DNA from: Thermoproteota archaeon | GTDB taxonomy: Archaea > Thermoproteota > Thermoprotei_A > Sulfolobales > Ignisphaeraceae | Length of the DNA: 64,000 nt | Assembly: GCA_030550585.1 (NCBI GenBank) | Contig: JAUQPB010000003.1 | Span: 100,333 to 164,332, forward strand | Reading direction: 5' to 3' | In this document: positions 50,447 through 58,621 of the stretch, one piece after another | Layout: every line of letters starts with the position of its first letter | How positions within the stretch are numbered: the stretch's first letter is position 1 | Position numbers and translations under genes: made by a program | The notes under the pieces: generated by a model | What the model saw: only the letters and a program-made list of their open reading frames with translations | Databases searched by the model: none | Told to the model about the DNA's origin: nothing

Positions 50447-51229
50447 GTGTTGTTAGTTTTGACACACGATGTTGATTGGAGTAGAAAAGGGCCTGCAACA
50501 GAGCATGTACTAGCCCGTCTAAACAGATTCTCTATTGAGGATAGATATAGATTCTTTACTTTGAGGGAGAACATTTATGATGGGATAGCAACTATAATGG
50601 ATTACGAGCAGCGTCAAGGAATTAAATCAACATTTTTCTTTAGAACCTTCTACGATGATTATACAACTGTTGAACTTTATAGCGATATCATATCCGAGCT
50701 GAGAAGAGGCGGCTGGGAAATAGGTTTGCATTCAAACAGCGGAGAAAACCTTGAGAGCATTAGACAAGAAAAGATCTTGTTGGAGAAGATATATTCCCAA
50801 GAGGTCAAGAGCCTAAGGGTTCACTACCTCAAAATAGATGCCAACTTAATACCAAAGTTAAGCGCAATAGGTATAAAATATGATAGTAGCATATGCAAAG
50901 CAAAAACGGGTCCATCACATGAAAGCACAGGATGCCACATATTAGACGGTGTAATGGAGCTACCCATAACAATAATGGATGCATATATGTTTACATATTG
51001 GGGGGTTAAACCAAGTGAGGTATATCAGAAAATTATAGAAATTCTAGACAACTTCAACAGACAAGGTATTAAAATAGCCACTTTGCTTTGGCATACAAAT
51101 AGCGTTAGAATGCATGACGGTAAAGAATACTTGAGATTAGTTGAAGAGATTTGGAAAATTGAGTGGCTAACCCCTATAAGGGTAATCGACACGCCTATCT
51201 CGTTATGCAAAAAAGAAAAGCTGATATAA
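50447..51229 (+). CDS. Polysaccharide deacetylase (CE4-like) family protein
   Basis: LTHDVD, STFFF, WEIGLH, R.HYL, KYDSS, ELPITIMD, LWH. Confidence 0.85.
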   Translation: MLLVLTHDVDWSRKGPATEHVLARLNRFSIEDRYRFFTLRENIYDGIATIMDYEQRQGIKSTFFFRTFYDDYTTVELYSDIISELRRGGWEIGLHSNSGENLESIRQEKILLEKIYSQEVKSLRVHYLKIDANLIPKLSAIGIKYDSSICKAKTGPSHESTGCHILDGVMELPITIMDAYMFTYWGVKPSEVYQKIIEILDNFNRQGIKIATLLWHTNSVRMHDGKEYLRLVEEIWKIEWLTPIRVIDTPISLCKKEKLI

Positions 51230-51244
51230 TCAGGAAAAATTTTA

Positions 51245-51294
51245 TCAGACTAGGTGTTTCACATCATCTTTTCAGTGTGCCACAGGCTCATCAA
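51245..51294 (-). ncRNA. Box C/D methylation-guide sRNA
   Basis: Minus strand: TTGATGA-GCCTGTGGCACA-CTGA-AAAG-ATGATGT-GAAACACCTAGT-CTGA with two 12-nt guides. Confidence 0.88.
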
Positions 51295-51344
51295 CATACA
51301 CTATAAAAATTCACTACCGCGCTTAATTAAACACTGTTGAAATC

Positions 51345-52283
51345 TTGAAGGTGATGCATATGAACGTCTATGAGCCTTTAATCATGGTAGTTTTAACAAT
51401 AGCTGGATTCATGCTATCTAGATGGGGATCTAAATATGGTGATATATTTATCAATGCCTCCAACAGTTATCTATTCTACGTAGCTGTTCCAGCCATCTTG
51501 GTAATAAAAATTGGGTTCACCCAAATTAGTTATATTTTCGCTATTTTAATGCTTATATCGTCACTTCACATAATTTTGATGTTGGTAACCTCCTTCTTAT
51601 TGTTTAGACCCCTTGCCGAGCCTATTACCGCATTATCAGCCTCTCTATCACTTTCAATGCCAAATTCAGCCTATTTGGCAATACCATTAGCCTTAATACT
51701 GTGGGGTGATAGCATATATGTTTTGCCATATATGATTGCCTTCAACATTATATTACCGTTCTTGACCATGTTCTTGGCATACATTACTGCAAGAAGGATG
51801 CACGAAAAATCTGTCTACTTTAAATCTTTACCAGTGCTAATAGGATTCGCCTTAGCATTGATAGCAAGAATATTGTATGATGCTGAATATGGAGACAGCA
51901 CTACTATAGTAAACTGCATAGATAATTTAATTTCATATTCGTTCTATTTGTCGTTTATTGTTATTGGAGGTTCCATAGGAAAACTAAGCATGAAAGTATT
52001 GAAAAATGATATCAAAATTGTCGCAACATCATGCATAATCAAGTACATACTATCACCTCTACTTATGTTACTCCTCTCCTTTCTGCTACTAAACAATTTT
52101 AACACAAGCAACAATCTATACATCCATGGGCTTATTCTCCAAAGCATTATGCCACCTGCTGTAATAAATATAGTTCTAGGCAAGGTGTTTCATCTGAATG
52201 AGGAGCTGATAACGATACTTTTAATATTATTGACACCCATTTCAATAGCTTTATCGTTAGCAGTATGGAATATATTAATATAA
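51345..52283 (+). CDS. AEC (auxin efflux carrier) family transporter
   Basis: About 10 TM segments; PNSAYLAIP, IKYILSP, QSIMPPA motifs. Confidence 0.82.
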   Translation: MKVMHMNVYEPLIMVVLTIAGFMLSRWGSKYGDIFINASNSYLFYVAVPAILVIKIGFTQISYIFAILMLISSLHIILMLVTSFLLFRPLAEPITALSASLSLSMPNSAYLAIPLALILWGDSIYVLPYMIAFNIILPFLTMFLAYITARRMHEKSVYFKSLPVLIGFALALIARILYDAEYGDSTTIVNCIDNLISYSFYLSFIVIGGSIGKLSMKVLKNDIKIVATSCIIKYILSPLLMLLLSFLLLNNFNTSNNLYIHGLILQSIMPPAVINIVLGKVFHLNEELITILLILLTPISIALSLAVWNILI

Positions 52284-52342
52284 TGTGGTCTATATCCAGC
52301 CATGGTCTGTTTTTATAACTGGGATTTGCCATAAGAGAAGGG

Positions 52343-53458
52343 CTATGTAATAGTCTCTTCCGATTTCAAATAAATCTTTATGTGTATTCCAAAATAATCA
52401 TTTTCGGGTATGATGCTATCAAATTGAAGAAGTCCTGTGATAGCATATGGCTCCATATACTCTATAAAGTCTTTGTATGGTATTGATAGATCCTTTATTT
52501 TGACTTCACAATCTCTTCTATCTATTCTAGCAAACGTCTCTACATAGATGTACTCAGCTCTAACATACCTCTTCTCAGCACTTCTATACAATGAGCTATA
52601 TAGGCTTTGAATATCTTTTACTCTCAATTCTGTAGAGACTCTCCGTGCCGTTTTAATCATGTTTCTCACAAATTTCTTCCTTTCATCAACAACATTAATA
52701 AATCTCCTTATAGCATATGGCTGTTGCTCAAAAAGTCTATATATGTTGTCAACCAGAAACAACACCTTTTCTCCCGTGCTATTCTTCTCATGACCAATAA
52801 TCGTTGTTTCATCACATAACCGTATTTTTCTATACCTTATACCAAATCTCGACAAAAATTCTAAGTCCAAACCCGTAAAGTATTTTTTAAATAGATCATA
52901 GTCTATGTTTCTCGTTATTAACAGAAAATATGTGAATTCATTATGTAGAGGCAGGAGTGCTAGAAGTGATGTGTACAAACCCTTCAATATTCTGATTATG
53001 TGAAGAGGGTTGCCTGTTAAGGTGTTGTAATCTGTATCAAGAATGTTGGAGGCTGTTGTCGAGGGTCTTGCAATAATGGAACTTTTATAGATGTCAGATA
53101 GTATAACAATCATCGATTCGATTTCTTTAATAGTTCTAGATTCTCCAAAAAGGAGTGAAATCTTCTGCAATGCTGTTTCATATGGCATCCCACGTGCAAC
53201 ATCCTTTATGGCTTCAGAACATTTGATGCACTTTATGCCAAAAAACTCTTCGAAAATTTTCTGTATGTCTCTCCAATGACCTATAGTGTTTTTGCCTATA
53301 ATGCCTGCAACAATCTTTTTTGTTTTTATATCAGAGGATGTCATTGAAAACTTGTTATATAATCCAACAACCCTTTCACAATATCCTAAAGCTCTTCCAA
53401 TATCCCTTTTAAAAAACTGTTTCCATTTCTCATTGCTTGCTACAGATGGTATGAGCAT
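52343..53458 (-). CDS. Hypothetical protein (orphan)
   Basis: 371-aa open frame with GGAAGGT SD; no recognised motif. Confidence 0.65.
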   Translation of the reverse strand: MLIPSVASNEKWKQFFKRDIGRALGYCERVVGLYNKFSMTSSDIKTKKIVAGIIGKNTIGHWRDIQKIFEEFFGIKCIKCSEAIKDVARGMPYETALQKISLLFGESRTIKEIESMIVILSDIYKSSIIARPSTTASNILDTDYNTLTGNPLHIIRILKGLYTSLLALLPLHNEFTYFLLITRNIDYDLFKKYFTGLDLEFLSRFGIRYRKIRLCDETTIIGHEKNSTGEKVLFLVDNIYRLFEQQPYAIRRFINVVDERKKFVRNMIKTARRVSTELRVKDIQSLYSSLYRSAEKRYVRAEYIYVETFARIDRRDCEVKIKDLSIPYKDFIEYMEPYAITGLLQFDSIIPENDYFGIHIKIYLKSEETIT

Positions 53459-53526
53459 TACTAACTACCTTTCCTAAATAAAGATTTTGTGTTTATTTTA
53501 TGTTATGGCAAAGCATTATTTTTTGT

Positions 53527-54876
53527 TTAGAAACGACCGTGTGATAGCGTTCTTGCCGCGACTATTAGAGGGTGCCAAACTGGGGCAACTGCGGGGTGAT
53601 AGCCTATATCTGCAAAGAATAGATCTTCTATTGTCATTTCCTTTTCAATAGCTATCGCAACGGAATTGATGTATTCAGCAACAGACTCTTCCCACCCAAC
53701 TATTTGCGCTCCAAGTATTCTTCCAGTAGATGCGTCTACAACCATCTTTATGTATACATATGTACCTTTTGGATAGTAATGGGCTTTGGTTCTAACTTTT
53801 ATCAACTTACTTTCTATTTTGAATCCCTGCTCCTTCGCTTCTTCTTCGCCTAGCCCTGTTCTTGCAATGTACATATCAAAGAACTTTGTTATGGCTGTCC
53901 CAACAATGCCAGGAAATCTTAGGCTTCTTCCGAGAGCTGCATTTGCACCTGCTACCTGCCCCTCTTTATTAGCTGATGGTGCTAGCGGTATCCAGACCTT
54001 CTTACCTGTTATTATATGTCTTTTTTCAGCCACGTCGCCAGCAGCATACACACCCTCAATGTTTGTCTCCATGTATTCATTCACTTCTACAGCTCCGGTG
54101 ATCCCTATTTTGATACCACTTTTTGTAGCTAATTCTATATTCGGCTTAACACCTGTTGCTAAAATAACTAGATCAGTTTTGTAGATATTTTTGCTTGTTG
54201 CAACTGCTTCGACAAATTCTTTCCCAATGATTTCTTTTAGTGGCTCAGAAAGATGTAGCTCGAGACCTCTTGTCACAACCTCTTTTGCAACAATGTCAGC
54301 CACATCCCTGTCTAAGGATCTTGGAAGTAGCTGACCTTCTTTCTCAATGAGTATTGTCTTCTTGCCTAGAGAAAGAGCGGCCTCAGCCATTTCCAACCCT
54401 AGATAGCTTCCGCCAACAATTACTATATTATTTGCTTTTCTAATTGCATCAGACAGCTCATCTGCTTGTGCTGGATGTCTGATCGTATAAACATTTTTTA
54501 GATCAACACCGTTTACCCTCGGTTTTGCAGGTGTGGCACCAGTCGCGATGACCAGCTTGTCCCATTCCATTACCAATTCTTTACCGTCTCTCTCTAGGAC
54601 AACAACCTTTTTATCAACATCAATGTTCTTTGCAACAGTATTTGTTAAAACCCTTATACCTCTATCACGTTCAAAATCTTCTGGAGTATATGTTACTAGC
54701 ATTTTCCTGTCTTTTACTATTCCCTCAACATAGTAGGGGATGGCACATGGTCCATGTGTAATCATATCAGTTGCCTCAATGAGTATGACCTCAGCCGAAG
54801 GATCGAGTTTCTTGGCTCTTGAAGCTGCTGATGCCCCCGCAGCACCACCTCCTATTACCACAATCTTTTTTGACAT
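53527..54876 (-). CDS. cdr: CoA-disulfide reductase / NAD(P)H:sulfur oxidoreductase-like flavoprotein
   Basis: GGGAAG, HGPCAIPY (single redox Cys), ATGA, GGSYLGLE, YAAGD, Y.P..APVW.P. Confidence 0.85.
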   Translation of the reverse strand: MSKKIVVIGGGAAGASAASRAKKLDPSAEVILIEATDMITHGPCAIPYYVEGIVKDRKMLVTYTPEDFERDRGIRVLTNTVAKNIDVDKKVVVLERDGKELVMEWDKLVIATGATPAKPRVNGVDLKNVYTIRHPAQADELSDAIRKANNIVIVGGSYLGLEMAEAALSLGKKTILIEKEGQLLPRSLDRDVADIVAKEVVTRGLELHLSEPLKEIIGKEFVEAVATSKNIYKTDLVILATGVKPNIELATKSGIKIGITGAVEVNEYMETNIEGVYAAGDVAEKRHIITGKKVWIPLAPSANKEGQVAGANAALGRSLRFPGIVGTAITKFFDMYIARTGLGEEEAKEQGFKIESKLIKVRTKAHYYPKGTYVYIKMVVDASTGRILGAQIVGWEESVAEYINSVAIAIEKEMTIEDLFFADIGYHPAVAPVWHPLIVAARTLSHGRF

Positions 54877-54934
54877 TCTAATCACAAATATATACGACTT
54901 TATTTGGAAATAAAAGCTGCAGCACAATGAAAAA

Positions 54935-57151
54935 CTATATCTTTAGCTCCATCCTTTTACCAGAGTACTCTACTTCTATGTCAGGTTTTGATTCTTCGAT
55001 TCCAACCCCTCTACCCTTATCTACCAACACAATTTTAAATTTCATAGATCCTATGCTCATAGCCCCCTTCTTCTCGTCGATAATTATCTTATTCTCTTTC
55101 TCAACCCATCTAATTGGTATGACTGCATAGAAGCCCTTTTCATAGTCATATGTTTCGCCATCATCTAGATAGATCATAAATTCACCATCTCTACCTCTAT
55201 ATATTCTCAGCTCTATCTCGCTTCCATAGTCATCCGCTTTTTCAATAGTTGCAGGTGCTAGGGGTAGTATCGCACCACCCCTAACATGTAGGGGTATTCT
55301 ATCTAGAGGTGCCTCAACTCTTATCCACCTACCTCCTAACACCCTATCGCCAGTCCAAAAGTCGTACCACATACCATGTGGTAAATAAACATCTCTCTCA
55401 AATGTTGAGGGCAATGTGATGGGCGATACCATTATAAATGGTCCAAACATGTATTGGTCATCAATTATGGCGGCTGTTTTATCGTTTCTAAAGTCCATGA
55501 CAAGCGGTCTCATAATAGTGTAGTCATGTTCGTATACCATCCAGGCCAATGTGTATATGTACGGTAGAAGCCTATATCTAAGCCTAATGAATTTAACCAG
55601 TATTTCCTCAGCCTCTTTTCCAAATCTCCAAGGCTCCTTTGGATAGTATGTCCCGTGAACTCTGAATATAGGGCAGAAGACACCCCATTGGAACCATCTA
55701 ATAAACAGTTCCTTGTATCCATCGGTCTCTGGGTTTCCGCTAAAGAACCCTCCAATATCTGTTGTCCAGTATGGTAGTCCAGATAAGCTGTAGTTTAGAC
55801 CTGCCCATATCTGTGCTCTGAAGGTTGTCCAGTCACCTGTTATATCACCACTCCAATTAACAACGCCATATCTTTGAATTCCTGCAAAGCCTGATCTTGT
55901 TAATATAAGAACCCTTTTGTTAGAAACTGCTCTCTGTCCTCTGTAAACAGCTTCTGATTCGAATAATGGGTAGACATTCAACAATTTAATCATCTTTTTC
56001 CCATTTCCAATATCTAGAGACTTCTGCCATGTTGAGTATATCAAGAGGGGTCTAACCTCCGGCTCTGAGGCGTCTAGCCACCAGCCATCTATGCCTATGC
56101 TATAGAAAACCTCGCTTATCTTCCTCCAGAACCATTCCCTACACTCTTCCTTAAAGACATTTAGAAGACCAAAATCATCTGCACCCGAGCCCATTAGACA
56201 ATTGTTTTTCTCTGCTTCTCTATATACATCAGTTTTCTTTTCGAATATAGGCCAAATAGATATGGCTAATCTGATGCCAAGCTTATGTATGTCTTCGACC
56301 ATCTTCTTTGGATCTGGATAATACTTCTCATCAAATTTGAATGCATTCCATCCATAATCTCCCCAGTATCTCCAATCCTGAACAATTATGTCAATAGGTA
56401 TTCTCCTCTCTCTAAACATTTTTGCAACAGAAACAATCTCTTCTTGTGAAGCATACCTCTCTTTAGATTGCCAGTAGCCAAAGGCATATCTTGGTAGCAT
56501 TACAGCCTTTCCAGTTAACCACCTATACCCCGCTATAACCCTGTCAAGTTCGGGCCCATAGATAATGTAGTAGCTAAGATAGTCGCCAGCCTCAAACCAT
56601 ACCCTGAGAATATCTCTCCTAGACTCTACAACACCCATTGAATACATGTCCCATAGAATACCATAGCCCGAGCTAGAAACTAAGAACGGAACAGCAATAT
56701 CAGTATTTCTCTGCACTAGGTAAACAGTTCTATTCCTATAATCAAATGCATTGTGAGCAGAATAGCCAGCGTGCTGACCAAGACCTAGAAGCAGCGAGTC
56801 TGGCTCTATTCTAAATATCTGCTCGAAGGTATAGAAATCCTCACCATAGAGTCTCTGCTTAGTGGCTTTCCTGTCTATCTCTTCAATTGGAATATCCCCA
56901 AATCTAAAATCTATTTTGTTTTTACCCATATCAACATAAACAGTGATTTCATTCGATGAAACAGCAACTATATCGCCAGATCTATACACATCAACATTGA
57001 CATGCCTAGGCTTTGCAATAACAACTATACTATTATCTTTGAATTGAGATGTTGACGGAACGTGTACAACACGCACAATGTTACTGTCAAAGAACTCTAT
57101 TACGACTTTGCCAACACCAAAAGATAGTTCAACTCCTTGTGATTCATACAT
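54935..57151 (-). CDS. Glycoside hydrolase family 31, alpha-xylosidase (XylS-like)
   Basis: GYWQSKERY, WWLDASEP (nucleophile), WSGDI (acid/base), TTDIGGF, FRVHG. Confidence 0.9.
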   Translation of the reverse strand: MYESQGVELSFGVGKVVIEFFDSNIVRVVHVPSTSQFKDNSIVVIAKPRHVNVDVYRSGDIVAVSSNEITVYVDMGKNKIDFRFGDIPIEEIDRKATKQRLYGEDFYTFEQIFRIEPDSLLLGLGQHAGYSAHNAFDYRNRTVYLVQRNTDIAVPFLVSSSGYGILWDMYSMGVVESRRDILRVWFEAGDYLSYYIIYGPELDRVIAGYRWLTGKAVMLPRYAFGYWQSKERYASQEEIVSVAKMFRERRIPIDIIVQDWRYWGDYGWNAFKFDEKYYPDPKKMVEDIHKLGIRLAISIWPIFEKKTDVYREAEKNNCLMGSGADDFGLLNVFKEECREWFWRKISEVFYSIGIDGWWLDASEPEVRPLLIYSTWQKSLDIGNGKKMIKLLNVYPLFESEAVYRGQRAVSNKRVLILTRSGFAGIQRYGVVNWSGDITGDWTTFRAQIWAGLNYSLSGLPYWTTDIGGFFSGNPETDGYKELFIRWFQWGVFCPIFRVHGTYYPKEPWRFGKEAEEILVKFIRLRYRLLPYIYTLAWMVYEHDYTIMRPLVMDFRNDKTAAIIDDQYMFGPFIMVSPITLPSTFERDVYLPHGMWYDFWTGDRVLGGRWIRVEAPLDRIPLHVRGGAILPLAPATIEKADDYGSEIELRIYRGRDGEFMIYLDDGETYDYEKGFYAVIPIRWVEKENKIIIDEKKGAMSIGSMKFKIVLVDKGRGVGIEESKPDIEVEYSGKRMELKI

Positions 57152-57204
57152 AAATTTGTGCCACCATGAATTTTGTAGCCCCTACCTTTAAAAATGTTTG
57201 TAAA

Positions 57205-57483
57205 CTAATCGCATTTGCATGTACACATATTGATTACCTCTACAAATGTATCTAAACCCCTCTCAGATAGCTCTCCTATTACCTTGGGCATTTTCTCTAG
57301 TGGAAATGCATATAGGGAGCCGTTTATCTTTATTCCATCCATTAGCTCTACCAGCCCCTTGGATCTATATCTCTTCCCTTTTATGGTGACCACAGTTCCA
57401 TTCATTGTCTTGTAGATCTTTATCTTAACATTCCTTGGCACATTTTGAGCTACCTTCAGCAACACATATCCAGATGGCTTCAC
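57205..57483 (-). CDS. Small basic hypothetical protein with C-terminal CxCxC
   Basis: 92 aa, ATG overlaps upstream stop (ATGA); ends MCTCKCD. Confidence 0.7.
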   Translation of the reverse strand: MKPSGYVLLKVAQNVPRNVKIKIYKTMNGTVVTIKGKRYRSKGLVELMDGIKINGSLYAFPLEKMPKVIGELSERGLDTFVEVINMCTCKCD

Positions 57484-58034
57484 TGTTTTTCAACCTCTTC
57501 TAAACATAGATCCTCTCTACACCTTGTACTAGCCTTGGTTAGAATATTGGCAACCGATTTGCTCCTTTCAAACATTTTAATTATTCCTCTAAGTACATTT
57601 TCTCGAACAGTCAACAACGTCTTTACACATTCGATTAAATCACTGTTTCCAGTTTCTCTTAACCTCTTCAACAGCTTCTCTATGCATTCGTCTATATGGA
57701 TGAGCGCTGTGGTAGAGTGCTTTAATGCACACCAAATGCTTTCCCACGATGATCTAACATCCGTGCTACCGCCCTTCGCACTCTCAAGCTTTTCAACCAG
57801 GAACAGCGCTTGACCGACAAGCTTTCTCTGCTCCCTAAAAGAATCGATAATATCAGAAAAGATTGGTGCTCCAACATAAGAATCCGATTCTATTAGATGT
57901 TGTTCAACATGATTAAGATGGCCAATGGCATATATAAACTCTTGTATTAAAGCCTCCTCCCAAACAGCAGACCTACCAGCCTCGCCTTTATCCCCAACTA
58001 ACTGCTTAGCCGATTCCAACTGGGCTTGTGACAT
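57480..58034 (-). CDS. Hypothetical four-helix-bundle protein with two H-x6-H-x2-E motifs
   Basis: GHLNHVEQHLIE and KHSTTALIHIDE; amphipathic helices. Confidence 0.75.
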   Translation of the reverse strand: MSQAQLESAKQLVGDKGEAGRSAVWEEALIQEFIYAIGHLNHVEQHLIESDSYVGAPIFSDIIDSFREQRKLVGQALFLVEKLESAKGGSTDVRSSWESIWCALKHSTTALIHIDECIEKLLKRLRETGNSDLIECVKTLLTVRENVLRGIIKMFERSKSVANILTKASTRCREDLCLEEVEKQ

Positions 58035-58043
58035 ATAAGATAC

Positions 58044-58075
58044 CCATTTTTATGCAAATTCTTGCATAAAAATGG
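58044..58075. promoter_or_regulatory. Perfect 14-bp inverted repeat, candidate operator
   Basis: CCATTTTTATGCAA-ATTC-TTGCATAAAAATGG, about 10 nt upstream of the 58034 start codon. Confidence 0.7.
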
Positions 58076-58211
58076 CTAACTTGGCTAATAAATTTTACCC
58101 CTAGTTCTAATTTCATCATAAGTAATGCTAAGTTTTGTAGCAAACTTCTATCTGTTTTTGCAATGAAAATAATAACCAGCTAAATGTAACAATATTTGAG
58201 GTTGAGTTCGA

Positions 58212-58577
58212 TTGGATATAAATACTATTTTGAATTCAAGAAAAGGTATAGAAAAAGTTATGGGAGATGTTCTAAGGGTTTTAAGGCTATATAGAAGGCT
58301 GTGGTTATCTGAAATCCACATGGAGATAGAGGGCATGAACTCAACGTTAAAAGAAGAGGTGCCTAGTTATAACGATGTAAAGAGGGCTGTTAAAGAGTTG
58401 AGCAACCTAGGGTATGTACATGTAGAGAAAGGGATTAGAGGTTCTTTGCAGCATGTACATGGAATAGAGGATTATCTTGTAACAATAGTCGATGATGTAA
58501 AAATAGTCAATGCTTTGACTAATGACAAAAAGCTCTCTGAGTATATGAGAATAAAATATGGCTTTATGGAAATGTAG
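58212..58577 (+). CDS. Hypothetical winged-helix-like protein
   Basis: VLRVL...LWLSEI...SYNDVKRAVKELSNLGYVHV pattern. Confidence 0.6.
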   Translation: MDINTILNSRKGIEKVMGDVLRVLRLYRRLWLSEIHMEIEGMNSTLKEEVPSYNDVKRAVKELSNLGYVHVEKGIRGSLQHVHGIEDYLVTIVDDVKIVNALTNDKKLSEYMRIKYGFMEM

Positions 58578-58621
58578 GATACAACAATTCGATGTTTTTG
58601 CTAAAATGAGTCTAGAATGCA

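Noticed and set aside
57205-57483. Calling the 92-aa protein Cas2
   Set aside because: Only a vague fold-level resemblance; it lacks the YD motif and there is no cas1 or array.
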